Source: an uncultured virus (IMG/VR IMGVR_UViG_3300025889_000077)
Lineage: Duplodnaviria > Heunggongvirae > Uroviricota > Caudoviricetes
DNA: 59,382 nt
Virus record (IMG/VR): IMGVR_UViG_3300025889_000077
Reading direction: 5' to 3' (one strand)
Shown: piece by piece, positions 38,843 through 49,559 of the stretch
How positions within the stretch are numbered: the stretch's first letter is position 1
How the letters are laid out: each line of letters opens with the position of its first letter
Made by a program: the position numbers and the translations under genes
Notes under the pieces: generated by a model
The model's database searches: none
Told to the model about the DNA's origin: nothing
Seen by the model: only the letters and a program-made list of their open reading frames with translations

Positions 38843-39814
38843 ATGGCACATATGATTGAAATCGTAAATGGCAAAGCACAGATGGCATACGCAGAATCGG
38901 GTGGTGTTCCTTGGCACGGTCTCGGGACCGAAGTCTCAAATGATCTCACACCTGAACAGATGATGGAAAAGGCGGGTGTTGACTGGGAAGTTGAAGAGGT
39001 TGAATCGTTTATTGAGTTCAACGGTGATCGTCTTCCTACTGGTCAGAAATCTCTTGTTCGTAAAACGGACGCTAAGATTTTGACTAATGTTGGTGAAAAC
39101 TGGCATCCTGTTCAGAACCGAGAAGCATTTCAATTCTTCAATGAATTCGTCCTTGCGGGCGATATGGAGATGCACACTGCCGGTTCACTTCGTGACGGAC
39201 AATATGTCTGGGCCTTGGCAAAAGTCAAAGAATCGTTTGATATCTTCGGCGGGGATCAGGTAGACTCTTACATGCTCTTCTCCAATCCTCATCAGTATGG
39301 TAAAGCGATTGATGTTCGCTTCACTCCGATCCGAGTAGTTTGCAATAACACTCTGACTTTCGCAATCAACTCTCAAGCGGATCGTGCTGTAAAAGTCGGT
39401 CACCGCACAGCATTTGATGCGGATGCGGTCAAGAACACAATGGGGCTTGCTCACGAAAAGTTCGCTAAGTACAAAGAAATGGCAGAGTTTCTTGGGTCGC
39501 GCCGGTTCTCAGTTGATAATCTTCTTCAGTACTACAACGAAGTGTTTCCGTTGACTTCTGGAGAACAAAAAGAGGTCACGAAAGAAACTCTTTCACGCCC
39601 GGCAAAGCAAGCATTTGAGGTGCTTGAGACTCAACCGGGTGCAGAGTTCGCTGAAGGAACTTGGTGGCAAGCATTCAACAGTGTTACTTTCATGACCGAC
39701 CACGTACAAGGTCGTAGTGCTGATAATCGTCTGTACAACCAGTGGTTTGGCACTAACCAAAACCGCAAGATCAAAGCAGCAGAGAAGGCAGTGGAGTACG
39801 CCATGGCAGCATAG
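38843..39814 (+). CDS. DUF932/DUF945 family protein
   Basis: PWHGLG, PVQN.EAF, TPIRVVCNNTL, GT.W.AFN.VT. Confidence 0.9.
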   Translation: MAHMIEIVNGKAQMAYAESGGVPWHGLGTEVSNDLTPEQMMEKAGVDWEVEEVESFIEFNGDRLPTGQKSLVRKTDAKILTNVGENWHPVQNREAFQFFNEFVLAGDMEMHTAGSLRDGQYVWALAKVKESFDIFGGDQVDSYMLFSNPHQYGKAIDVRFTPIRVVCNNTLTFAINSQADRAVKVGHRTAFDADAVKNTMGLAHEKFAKYKEMAEFLGSRRFSVDNLLQYYNEVFPLTSGEQKEVTKETLSRPAKQAFEVLETQPGAEFAEGTWWQAFNSVTFMTDHVQGRSADNRLYNQWFGTNQNRKIKAAEKAVEYAMAA

Positions 39815-39866
39815 TAGAAGATGCGTATGGGTTCCACGCAAAACGGGCCTTTCTTGCTTTCACTTT

Positions 39867-39901
39867 GGGAGCGTTTGTTACGCTCCCTTTTTTTATAAAT
39901 A
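39867..39901 (+). terminator. Terminator followed by T4 late promoter
   Basis: GGGAGCGT/ACGCTCCC + T tract; TATAAATA at 39894. Confidence 0.85.
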
Positions 39902-39932
39902 GAGTAAACAACTTTATCCAAATGGGGAAAAT

Positions 39933-41018
39933 ATGAAAAGTTTCAAGACGTTCTTAAATGAGGGGTTCACTCATTTTCCGAAATCCGAATCTGATATAGA
40001 CAATTTAAAATTTGTTCCAGACGATAAAAAGGAAAATCTCAAAAAACTTTTTGCTGAGTTGTCAATGAACAAATCCGGAATAAAAGACCCTATTGCTCTC
40101 GACGCTACTAAACCCAACATAATAAAATTAATAAGAGTCTTATCTTTCGATTACAACTTAAAATCATTGTCGAAAAAATACGGATTTTCGATAAGTGCTG
40201 GAAATGGTTCTCGCGGCGGAAAGGGGTCGGCTTCGAAAGGATTTGCTTTCGAAAATAATATCGTCAAGGATGTTAAGAAGTATAAAGAAGAAGGTTTGGA
40301 TGGCGATTTCATTTATCCCGACATGATGAAATCGATGCATGATGCATTTCTAAAAGATGCTAAAAAAATATCGGTAAAGTTAGATGGTGCTGCGAACACG
40401 AAAAGACCTATATTTTTGACTGATGTTTCCATGCTTATCGGCGGACGAGATTTGCAAATCGGATCTAAAGTTACAGATGTTACGGTCACCGCTGATGGTA
40501 AACCCTATTATATTTCAGCAAAATATGGTGGTACAGTTACCTTTTTTAATTCGGGTGTTCGAAAAATATTTCCTCCAGCAGATTTCGAAAAAGGATCATT
40601 TAAAAACCGAGAAGCAAAAATTCTATTGAATGCATTTGGTATCGACGAACAAAAATTTATTGAAATTTTTTCTAGTTATGATAGATCCAAACCTTCAAAA
40701 GCAAAAAAAATCAGAGTTAATGCAACAGGTAAGGCGAATAAAAGACTTTTACAACAACTTCTTTTATCTGGTGTAGGTTATGGTTATTGGATGGCACACC
40801 GCCGAGGAAAAAATGTAGAATTTTATGAGATGACTCGTCGAAAAATGATAGACTCGGCGAAAATATCTAAAGTCACGATATTGTATCCTCAACCCGGATC
40901 AGCAAAACGAATAGACATTGAAGTGCTAACACCTCGCTATGAATTTAAAATAAATATTAGAAACAAACAAGGCGGGTTATATCCAACTCACATCATGGCA
41001 GATTACAAATATAGGTAA
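39933..41018 (+). CDS. Late capsid-targeted protein, possible restriction-like nuclease fold
   Basis: MKSFKTFLNE; G.AFE...TD...ISAK. Confidence 0.55.
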   Translation: MKSFKTFLNEGFTHFPKSESDIDNLKFVPDDKKENLKKLFAELSMNKSGIKDPIALDATKPNIIKLIRVLSFDYNLKSLSKKYGFSISAGNGSRGGKGSASKGFAFENNIVKDVKKYKEEGLDGDFIYPDMMKSMHDAFLKDAKKISVKLDGAANTKRPIFLTDVSMLIGGRDLQIGSKVTDVTVTADGKPYYISAKYGGTVTFFNSGVRKIFPPADFEKGSFKNREAKILLNAFGIDEQKFIEIFSSYDRSKPSKAKKIRVNATGKANKRLLQQLLLSGVGYGYWMAHRRGKNVEFYEMTRRKMIDSAKISKVTILYPQPGSAKRIDIEVLTPRYEFKINIRNKQGGLYPTHIMADYKYR

Positions 41019-41025
41019 AATTCTA

Positions 41026-42243
41026 ATGATATCCTTCAAATCCTTTCTAGCAGAACAAAAGAACACACATATGACGCACATCGATGATGCTATCATCTAT
41101 GGTGGCGTCAGTGGTGCCAGACAAGCAATCAATGCGATTCGTTCGTTTCGGGATATGCTTCAAGGCCATCATTCTGGTTCCGTATCAGTAAAATGGGATG
41201 GAGCTCCTGCTATCTTTGCAGGAACTGATCCTTCTGATGGTAAGTTCTTTGTCGCTAAAAAGGGCATCTTTGCCAAGAATCCTAAAGTCTATAAAACACC
41301 TCAAGAGATTGATGCAGACACTTCAGGCGATCTTGCAGCAAAATTGAAACTTGCTTTACAACACCTACCTTCACTTGGCATCAAAGGTGTCATTCAGGGC
41401 GATTTCTTATTCGCTCAAAACGATCTAAAAAAGGACAAGATTGATGGAGAAGATTTTATCACTTTTCATCCCAACACCATTGTTTATGCCGTTCCAGCAA
41501 ATACGCCAATGGCAAAAGATATCGCGTCGGCGAAACTGGGGATTGTCTGGCACACAACATATAAAGGATCAACATTCGAGTCAATGAGAGCGTCATATGG
41601 CGTCAATGTGAACAAGTTTAGATCATCAAGTGCTGTATGGTCGCAAGATGCTTTCCTGAGAGACCTGACGAATGCTACCATGTCAGAATCCGAGACAAAG
41701 ATGGTCAATGCTTATCTTTCTGTTGCTGGCAAGATATTCAATAAAATATCAGGATCGACATTACGAGAACTTGAAGCACATCCAGAGTTACCAAGATTGA
41801 TTGAACAATACAACAACACATTTGTTCGAAGTGGTCAAGTCATTCAAGACACCGCAAAGCATACGAACAATTTGATATTATGGATACAGAGAAAGTTTCA
41901 TGATGAAATATCGCAACTGAAAACAGAAAAAGGTAAAACGCCTAGAAGAGAAAAACTGGCAAATATCATGACATTTTTCTCGACCAGAAACAAGATTTCT
42001 ATAAAACTGTTGTTCGATTTTCAAAAAGCAATCATAGATGCAAAACTAATTATTATAAATATACTTAATAGATTGTCGAAAGTCAAGACTTTCGTAAGAA
42101 CAAATAGAGGATACAAGACTACTGGCCCTGAAGGTTATGTTGCGATAGACAAACTTTCTGGTTCAGCATTAAAAATTGTTGATAGAATGGAGTTTTCTTA
42201 TAACAACTTCTCGCCGGACATTGTGAAAGGTTGGGAAAAATAA
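41026..42243 (+). CDS. DUF6267-like covalent nucleotidyltransferase (ligase-like) protein
   Basis: MISFKSFLAE; KWDG motif I, QGD, EGYV, K.VDR. Confidence 0.65.
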   Translation: MISFKSFLAEQKNTHMTHIDDAIIYGGVSGARQAINAIRSFRDMLQGHHSGSVSVKWDGAPAIFAGTDPSDGKFFVAKKGIFAKNPKVYKTPQEIDADTSGDLAAKLKLALQHLPSLGIKGVIQGDFLFAQNDLKKDKIDGEDFITFHPNTIVYAVPANTPMAKDIASAKLGIVWHTTYKGSTFESMRASYGVNVNKFRSSSAVWSQDAFLRDLTNATMSESETKMVNAYLSVAGKIFNKISGSTLRELEAHPELPRLIEQYNNTFVRSGQVIQDTAKHTNNLILWIQRKFHDEISQLKTEKGKTPRREKLANIMTFFSTRNKISIKLLFDFQKAIIDAKLIIINILNRLSKVKTFVRTNRGYKTTGPEGYVAIDKLSGSALKIVDRMEFSYNNFSPDIVKGWEK

Positions 42244-42265
42244 ATCAAATGGGGTACAAATAAAA

Positions 42266-42826
42266 ATGAACAATAAACAAAAAATTGCCGAGGCTAAAGC
42301 AAGAGTAAGTCAACTTACCGAAAATCGAATCAACATTTATGATCTTCGTTTGAATGAATCTTTGAACTTGACTGAGAAGAAAAAGAAACTGGATCCAGTT
42401 GACGCAAAAGAGTTAGAAGGTGACTGGGAAGATCGCCTAGACGCTGATATTGACAATGATGGTGACGAAGATGAATCGGATGAATATCTGCACAATCGTC
42501 GTAAAACAATCAAGAAAGCGATGAAGAAAGAGGAAAAAGAATGTGATTGTGATATGGAAGATGATGACGAACATGACGAAGATTGTCCTATGTATAAAAT
42601 GAAGAAAGAATCAATTGATGAAGCAACCATCGACTACAAAGTTAATGTAGACGGTCTTCCACCTATGTTTATTGACGCAAAGAACCCAGGCGAAGTGAAG
42701 ATGAAACTCCGTAAACTGCTTCGTAGACCAGATTCGATTGGCGATGTTACAAGAATCACTAAGACGGACCTGAAGAAATATTTCCGGATCAAAGGTATGG
42801 GTAAAGATCCAGAAGCAGTGGAATAA
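42266..42826 (+). CDS. Acidic virion-type protein with EF-hand-like loop
   Basis: DIDNDGDEDESDEYLHNRR. Confidence 0.6.
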   Translation: MNNKQKIAEAKARVSQLTENRINIYDLRLNESLNLTEKKKKLDPVDAKELEGDWEDRLDADIDNDGDEDESDEYLHNRRKTIKKAMKKEEKECDCDMEDDDEHDEDCPMYKMKKESIDEATIDYKVNVDGLPPMFIDAKNPGEVKMKLRKLLRRPDSIGDVTRITKTDLKKYFRIKGMGKDPEAVE

Positions 42827-42830
42827 TCCT

Positions 42831-43919
42831 ATGGATAAGTTAAACTTCAAAGATTTTGTAGCACATTTCGATCCGGATCGTGATGATCCTGATGGTTACT
42901 TTCAACATAGAATGAGAAGACGTAGGTCTGGTGTTCTTGGCGAGAGAACATTAACTCCTGATGAAAAAAAGAAACGCGAAGAGATTGCCAAAGCAATAGA
43001 AAGGGACCATCCAGATATGCCTATGTCTAAGAAGATGGCGATTGCTACTGCGGCCGCGAAACGAGTTACTGAAGGTCTTTTACCTTCTATTAATCCTGAT
43101 ACTCAAATGGGAAAAATTTCAGTCGGAACGGATGAATCGCGTTCTCTTCGCGCTAAAATGTGGAGAGCAAAAAAAGCAGGAAACTTGGCACTATGGAATA
43201 AACTGAATGCGGAACTTCAAGCATTAGCACACAAAAAAGCGGCAATGAAAGAAGAAGTCAACCTTGATGAAGGTAAGAAACTTGGACTCTGGGATCGTAT
43301 TCGTAAAAAACGCGAAAGAGGTGAACCTCCCGCAAAACCAGGTGAAGAAGGATATCCAAGCAAAGAAGCGTGGAAAAGACTCACAAAAGAAGATGTTCAA
43401 CTAGATGAGATTTCCGCATATCTTGCTGATCGTGCTAGAAAGAAAGCAAAAGAAGATTTAGAAAAAGAATGGGAAAGAAAACCAAAGACGCCTGAAGAGG
43501 CTGAAAAATCTATGGAGAAAATGCACCGTAGATTAAGACAACACGGTAAGTTTCTTAATTATAAACCAAGAAATGAAGATGTTGAACTTGATGAAGCGTT
43601 GAATATGGCACAAAGACTCAAAAGAGCCAGAATTATGAAAAGGGTTCATAAGAAGATTGAGATGGGTCAAAAAAGAGCCAAGCGCCGAATGGCAAATATG
43701 GAAACTTTGAAGCGTAGAGCAATCAAGACTGCTAGAAAATTCATTCTTAAAAGACTGACTAAAGGTATACCAAAAGAAGAACTCTCGCCAGCAAGAAAGC
43801 AGGAACTTGAAAAGAAATTGAATACTCCTGCTATGAAAAAACGAATTCAAATGGTAGCAATGAAAATGCTCAAAGACGTTCGTAAAAGAGAAGTTGAGAG
43901 ACACAGAGCGAAACAATGA
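42831..43919 (+). CDS. Charged internal head-type protein with repeated protease-site motifs
   Basis: EEVNLDE, EDVQLDE, EDVELDE. Confidence 0.6.
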   Translation: MDKLNFKDFVAHFDPDRDDPDGYFQHRMRRRRSGVLGERTLTPDEKKKREEIAKAIERDHPDMPMSKKMAIATAAAKRVTEGLLPSINPDTQMGKISVGTDESRSLRAKMWRAKKAGNLALWNKLNAELQALAHKKAAMKEEVNLDEGKKLGLWDRIRKKRERGEPPAKPGEEGYPSKEAWKRLTKEDVQLDEISAYLADRARKKAKEDLEKEWERKPKTPEEAEKSMEKMHRRLRQHGKFLNYKPRNEDVELDEALNMAQRLKRARIMKRVHKKIEMGQKRAKRRMANMETLKRRAIKTARKFILKRLTKGIPKEELSPARKQELEKKLNTPAMKKRIQMVAMKMLKDVRKREVERHRAKQ

Positions 43920-45031
43920 AAAGTTTTTCTAGATACTTAGTTGAAGGCAAGAGTGCCATTACTTTCTCCTTTGGTCGGTTGAATCCCCCGACTATTGGTC
44001 ATGGTAAGTTATTAGATAAAATGAAATCTGTATCTGGTCCTAATCAGTATAGAATGTATTTGTCGCAATCGCATGACCCCAAAAAGAACCCATTATCTTA
44101 TCGCGATAAAGTCAAATGGGCGAGAAAGATGTTTGCGAAACATGGTAGATCAATTATATACGATCCGAAACTGATCAATGTATTTGATATTGCCACAAAG
44201 TTACACAACGAAGGTTTCACGGATATCACGATGGTTGTTGGCTCGGACAGAATTCGTGAATTCAATATTCTATTGAACAAATATAATAATGTCAAGGGGC
44301 GGCACGGATTCTACAACTTCAAATCCATCAATGTTGTTTCTGCGGGAGAAAGAGATCCTGATGCTGAAGGTGTGACTGGTATGTCGGCATCTAAAATGAG
44401 AGCCGCTGCTGGAGACAATGATTTCTCATCATTCTCAAAAGGCATACCGTCCGAGATTTCTTTGAAAGACTCAAAGAAAATGTTCAACGATGTTCGTCTT
44501 GGTATGGGTCTCAAAGAATCCACGAACTACAGAAATCATGTTAGATTAGACAAAGTATCTGATGCCCGTGAACAATACATCAAAGGTGATTTGTATCTTC
44601 CTGGTGATTTGGTAGAAGATAAAGATGGTAATGAATATGTCGTATCATATTGTGGTGCCAATTATCTTATCGTTGAAGATGCGAAAGGTAACCAATCTCG
44701 TAAATGGTTGAATGATGTTTCCATGATAGAAGAAAAGACAGACAGATGGTATAAAGACAAACCCGAATGGGGAACACCAGAAGCATCTAAAAAGGCGAGA
44801 AAACTGACACCTGGACAAGAAAAGCGCGATATTGTAGAGACAAGAGGCAAATTCTATTATGCCAAATTAAGATCACAGAAAAACAGAGAAAAAGTTGAAA
44901 AAGTTCTTGGGGCCAGAAAAAATTTGATAGGAAAAAACCAATCTGCCGAAAGAGATGACAGAGAATTGGATAATGCTAGAATAAATGATTTCAGAGAAAA
45001 ACTGAAAAGAAGAATTGATCCAAATGCGTAA
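43916..45031 (+). CDS. Phage cytidyltransferase-like (HIGH superfamily) protein
   Basis: FGRLNPPTIGH, VVGSDR, MSASKMR; MKSFSRYLVE N-terminus. Confidence 0.85.
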   Translation: MKSFSRYLVEGKSAITFSFGRLNPPTIGHGKLLDKMKSVSGPNQYRMYLSQSHDPKKNPLSYRDKVKWARKMFAKHGRSIIYDPKLINVFDIATKLHNEGFTDITMVVGSDRIREFNILLNKYNNVKGRHGFYNFKSINVVSAGERDPDAEGVTGMSASKMRAAAGDNDFSSFSKGIPSEISLKDSKKMFNDVRLGMGLKESTNYRNHVRLDKVSDAREQYIKGDLYLPGDLVEDKDGNEYVVSYCGANYLIVEDAKGNQSRKWLNDVSMIEEKTDRWYKDKPEWGTPEASKKARKLTPGQEKRDIVETRGKFYYAKLRSQKNREKVEKVLGARKNLIGKNQSAERDDRELDNARINDFREKLKRRIDPNA

Positions 45032-45262
45032 CTTATACGAAATCTCACAAAAAAACTGACAAAATATATAAAGAATGCCACAAAAGACGAAGAATAATGC
45101 GAAAACGATATTGCCAACATATGATCAACTCGTCAAGGAAAAAGAAAGACGAGAGGCCAGAAAAAGAGGGGCTAGCTAGGGCAATGCTGGCAAGACATGA
45201 AAAAAAACATAATTCTGAGTGATTACATATTTCATAATTAGAACATTTTAGGAGAAATATTT

Positions 45263-45463
45263 ATGAACCCAGATGATAACGAACAGTTATTACAAAAGTT
45301 ATACACAAAAGTAGAACTCTTGATTTACAGAACTGAGAGATTAGAAAAAGAGCATCAAGAATTATTTTCTTACATCAAGAAAGTAATATGGCTTATTATT
45401 AGTATTTTAATTGCCGGTATCATGGCCTTTGTGTTAAATGGAGGACTTAACGTTGTTAACTAA
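45263..45463 (+). CDS. Small coiled-coil plus TM protein (holin-like candidate)
   Basis: 66 aa with C-terminal TM segment. Confidence 0.5.
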   Translation: MNPDDNEQLLQKLYTKVELLIYRTERLEKEHQELFSYIKKVIWLIISILIAGIMAFVLNGGLNVVN

Positions 45464-45914
45464 TAAAATATTCAGATTTTTATTTAAACCAACATTCAAT
45501 AAACTTTTTGTGGTTCTGATTATTCTTGCTTTCTTTCCAGTATATTGGCCAAAGCTGCCGATCCTAGAAGGCAAATGGTTGCCAGTTACAACAAAAATGA
45601 AAGTTATAGATCATTCAAATTCAGAAGATGGTAGCCTTATATTATATGTGGATTTTAAGAAAATAAGAAACTGTGCATATATTGGTATGTTTGCATCAGC
45701 AAAAAACGAAAAATTGAACATTGAGTTTAGTGATGACCAAGGGCAGACGGATAGCACAAGACCTATAGGAACTTATGTTGCTGGTCCGTGGATTTTTTCG
45801 TGGGGGTCGCCCGAATACAAAAAATATGAAATTATATCAAAAGGTGATCTAAAAATAACTTTAAGACATAATTGTCACCCATTTTGGAACACATTAACAG
45901 AATTTTATCCATGA
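45438..45914 (+). CDS. Membrane-anchored hypothetical protein
   Basis: N-terminal TM segment, Cys pair. Confidence 0.55.
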   Translation: MEDLTLLTNKIFRFLFKPTFNKLFVVLIILAFFPVYWPKLPILEGKWLPVTTKMKVIDHSNSEDGSLILYVDFKKIRNCAYIGMFASAKNEKLNIEFSDDQGQTDSTRPIGTYVAGPWIFSWGSPEYKKYEIISKGDLKITLRHNCHPFWNTLTEFYP

Positions 45915-45955
45915 AGTTATCTAAACTATAAATACAAATAAAAAGGAATTGTAAC

Positions 45956-46774
45956 ATGAACAAAGAACTTATGGACGAAATCATCGAGGCTTACATGGAA
46001 GAAAATGGTCTAGATGATATTTCAGAACAAGATTATGACGAAATCGCCGAGGCGTATTTGTATTTCACGGAAAAATCCGCCGAAATAAAAATTCCCAGTA
46101 CCACTGGAAGAGGCTCTGGCGGCACAGACGATCCCCGGAATCCACGATACTTAGGTTATACGTTATCGTCGCCACCAAAAAAACCTGGATATTCGATCAC
46201 AAAAGATCAGCCGCCGAAAAAACAGACAAATCCGACAAGCCTGCGGGTGCCAAGACCAAAATCACGACCCAACGATCTCGCTAAGTCGTCTACTACTTCT
46301 ACTACTTCTGCTACTCAACCAAAAAGTTTCGCTGACGCTTTTAGAATTGCTCGTAAAAAGCAAGGTGGGGCCGGGGGTGTATTCAAGTGGAAGGGTAAAG
46401 AATATCAAACGAATATAGCTGGTGAAAAATATGTCAAGAACCCAACACAAATAACATTCGGAGAATCTGCCGGCGCTGATCACGGTAATATGAACAACGG
46501 GTCACCAAGAGGTGAAGGTCTTTCCCCTTCAGCAAAAAGAGAGATGGACCGGCAAACTCCAATGCCAAAAGATGTGAACGAACCTGAAGTAGAAAAAAGA
46601 ACTTGGGATGCGTTCCGTGCCACGAATGTCAAAGTTGCTGCCGGTCGTAGAGGAGATTCCTCAAAAGGTGATAAGAAAATCATCAACAAACCTGAAGACA
46701 TTACAGCAAGAGCATCAAGAAAAGAAGATGATGGTTTCAAGACTGGTCAGGTTGATGTGTCGGTAAAGGCATAA
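45956..46774 (+). CDS. Late hypothetical protein
   Basis: TATAAATA at 45927; SFADAF..AR....F.WKGK.Y.T module. Confidence 0.65.
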   Translation: MNKELMDEIIEAYMEENGLDDISEQDYDEIAEAYLYFTEKSAEIKIPSTTGRGSGGTDDPRNPRYLGYTLSSPPKKPGYSITKDQPPKKQTNPTSLRVPRPKSRPNDLAKSSTTSTTSATQPKSFADAFRIARKKQGGAGGVFKWKGKEYQTNIAGEKYVKNPTQITFGESAGADHGNMNNGSPRGEGLSPSAKREMDRQTPMPKDVNEPEVEKRTWDAFRATNVKVAAGRRGDSSKGDKKIINKPEDITARASRKEDDGFKTGQVDVSVKA

Positions 46775-46777
46775 GTC

Positions 46778-47095
46778 ATGGCTATATCACCTCCAAACTG
46801 GGCAAAACATGCTGTGCCTTCGCCAAATGGTTGGAGACATCCTCGCACGGGAGAGATGTTGAAGCCTGCTAGGATTTCGCAAGAAGATATTGATGAATTT
46901 TATGGAGTGAAAGAAGAAATGATTCCAACACCGCAAATGCTAACAGAAGCACCAACATCAGAAGAAGATTTTGTTTTGGAACATATGACAAAGGTAGAAC
47001 TTGAAGAAGTCGCAAGAACAAAAGGCGTTGAACTTGATCGTAGACTTCGTAAAGAGACGCTTCTGGAACAAGTTAAGAGTTTATTCGGGAGATAA
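46778..47095 (+). CDS. Hypothetical protein with C-terminal HeH-like motif
   Basis: MTK.ELEE.AR..GVELDRR..K..L. Confidence 0.65.
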   Translation: MAISPPNWAKHAVPSPNGWRHPRTGEMLKPARISQEDIDEFYGVKEEMIPTPQMLTEAPTSEEDFVLEHMTKVELEEVARTKGVELDRRLRKETLLEQVKSLFGR

Positions 47096-47431
47096 AAATG
47101 TCTTTACGCAATACGAGATCATTCAATCCTATGACGGGCCGCAGAACTGGCGCATACTCTAGAATATCAAATCCTGCCGGCGGTGAAGAATATCTTGCGC
47201 ATTTGCGAAAGTTGAAGGGAAAATATCATGAACGTAAGGCGAAAGAGACAGAGGGTAAAGACCGGAAATTTCATGAACATATGGCGAAGAGTCTTTTGGG
47301 TGAGGCCTCGGCAGTTGATCTAATTACTGGAAAAAAAGAGAAGTAGACAATGTTCAGGTCAATAATCCAGCAATTTTTAACTAGAGGATTAGATCCGAAC
47401 TTTAAAACAAAATTTAGATAAAAATAAAACT

Positions 47432-47815
47432 ATGAATAACGATGATTTGAATAATATTTTGGAAGATGATTTGATAGAATACGCCGCATTACATTATTAT
47501 ACTCCAAAGGGAATTGACATTGAGGAATTTTATGATGATTTGAAACGATTCAAATACGTCAAGAGATTATTGAATCGTTATTATGATACAGGTGATTTAC
47601 CAGAAAGACTTATTCTAAATCATTTGATTGTGATATTTAATGTATTTGGTTATGAAGCGGGTCTTAAAATATTAAATGTCAAGATTGAGGCAATACACTG
47701 GAATGCATTAAAGCCATTTTTGATATTTTTAGAAGCGATAAGAAATGATCAATACACAAACATACCCATGGACCAACATGTCGTGGAAAAACTGAGAGAG
47801 ATAAAGAGATGTTAG
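47432..47815 (+). CDS. Conserved T4-like hypothetical protein
   Basis: EF.DDLKRFKY.KRL...ERLILNH.I...NVFG. Confidence 0.8.
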   Translation: MNNDDLNNILEDDLIEYAALHYYTPKGIDIEEFYDDLKRFKYVKRLLNRYYDTGDLPERLILNHLIVIFNVFGYEAGLKILNVKIEAIHWNALKPFLIFLEAIRNDQYTNIPMDQHVVEKLREIKRC

Positions 47816-49542
47816 AAGAAGAACAAATTTTAGAAGGCGTCAACGATCCCGCAATATTCAAAGCAGTATTTTTAGCGGGCGGACCGGGTTCTGGAAAATC
47901 TTTTATTGTAGGTAAAACTGCTTTAGGTCCATTGGGTTTTAGAGTTGTGAACTCAGACGATGCTTACGAAATCAAACTTGCTCAAGCAGGTATGAAACCA
48001 ACACCCGAAAATATCTATTCGCCTAAAGGACAGGATATTCGGGACAGAGCAAAAGCATTAACCGCCAAAAAACAGAAACTTTATCAAAAGGGTCGTCTTG
48101 GTATTGTCATTGACGGTACTGGTAGAGACATAAACAAAATCAAAAAACAAATATCCCAGTTTCAAAAAATCGGATATGAAATAGCGATGATTTTTGTCAA
48201 TACGGATTTAGATACTGCTTTATTGAGAAACAGACAAAGAGCAAGAACATTACCCGATAAACAAGTCAAGGATATGTGGCTTGAAGTTCAAAAGAATATT
48301 GGCGCATTTCAAAAAATGTTTGGTCGTCAAAACTTTTTTGTCGTTGATAATAGCGAAGGATCGAACTGGAACCAACAAACTACGAATGTTTACAAGAAGA
48401 TCAGTGATTGGTCTAAGAAACCAGCAGATACAAAAGCAGCAAAAGACTGGATTAAAGCACAAAGAAACATGAGTGAATCCCTTGCCGTAGGATTTAATAC
48501 TCCTCACGGAAAGAGAAGCGATTTCAGAAATCTTATATTAAAACATCTCAACAAGAAAGTAAAATCTGACAAATCCAATAGACAATCCTTGAGAGGGCAT
48601 ATACTGGATATTAAAAGATCAGTAAATACAGACCTTTCAGTAAAAGAAATAGAGAGGTTATACAATACCATGAGAAAAAGAGGTTTAACTGAAGGTAAAT
48701 ATACCGATGAAATGCGGGCAAAATTAGCGAATAAGATTGCCGCTCACAACGCTGAAATGCAAAATCAAATAGATGCATACAAAAAAATGACCCCGGACGA
48801 GCGAAAGACGCATAATGCCAGGGCCGCAAAACAGGCAGAAGCGAATTGGAAGAAAGGGAAAGCGGAACTGGCCAAACAGCAGCAAAGTACCTTGCGATTG
48901 AGGTCTGGTCAACTTGTTCCTGATACTGGGGGAAAAGCGTCTGGAACTCTCAAATTAAAAGACACACATAGAGTTGACACCAACAAACCTAAACCACGCC
49001 CAACTTTAGGTGGTGTAACAAGAACTCCACCTGAAGGCAAAATAAAATTTGGACAACAAGGTGATGGTGGTTTTCCGAAAGTTGGTGGTGGCAGAGGGGC
49101 ATCCGCTCCGAATCTTGGCCGCGGATTTATCAAGAGGTTATTAAATATAGAATCATATGATCATCTTTATGAAGAAGAAGCGGGAGCAGCACCAAGTAAT
49201 ACGGCGGCATCTGCTGGAATTCCTGCTGATACTGCGAACATGGGACCAAACAAGAAAAAGAAAAAAAAGATAAGTGAAATCCTCCGAAGATATAATATTA
49301 ATATGAAAGAAGATGTGACACGGGATACTGCAATATATCGTCCAGATGCTACTGGAAAATTCACAACAACTCCTGAAGTTCGTCCGGAACCAAGACCAAC
49401 ATCAGCCCCCAAAACATCACCAAGACCTAAGACCAGACCAACATCAGCCCCCAAAACATCACCAAGACCTATGACCAGATCAATGAAATATGGGTCAGGT
49501 GCTTATCACGGTCAAAGGAATTATTTTCCACCCGCACCTTAA
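47809..49542 (+). CDS. Zeta-toxin/AAA_33-like P-loop kinase with low-complexity C-terminus
   Basis: AGGPGSGKS, NSDD, IDGTG, RN..RAR. Confidence 0.75.
   Translation: MLEEEQILEGVNDPAIFKAVFLAGGPGSGKSFIVGKTALGPLGFRVVNSDDAYEIKLAQAGMKPTPENIYSPKGQDIRDRAKALTAKKQKLYQKGRLGIVIDGTGRDINKIKKQISQFQKIGYEIAMIFVNTDLDTALLRNRQRARTLPDKQVKDMWLEVQKNIGAFQKMFGRQNFFVVDNSEGSNWNQQTTNVYKKISDWSKKPADTKAAKDWIKAQRNMSESLAVGFNTPHGKRSDFRNLILKHLNKKVKSDKSNRQSLRGHILDIKRSVNTDLSVKEIERLYNTMRKRGLTEGKYTDEMRAKLANKIAAHNAEMQNQIDAYKKMTPDERKTHNARAAKQAEANWKKGKAELAKQQQSTLRLRSGQLVPDTGGKASGTLKLKDTHRVDTNKPKPRPTLGGVTRTPPEGKIKFGQQGDGGFPKVGGGRGASAPNLGRGFIKRLLNIESYDHLYEEEAGAAPSNTAASAGIPADTANMGPNKKKKKKISEILRRYNINMKEDVTRDTAIYRPDATGKFTTTPEVRPEPRPTSAPKTSPRPKTRPTSAPKTSPRPMTRSMKYGSGAYHGQRNYFPPAP
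49393..49479 (+). repeat. 42-bp tandem duplication (RPTSAPKTSPRPKT)
   Basis: Two near-identical units at 49393 and 49435. Confidence 0.9.
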
Positions 49543-49559
49543 AATAAAGGTTTACAAAT

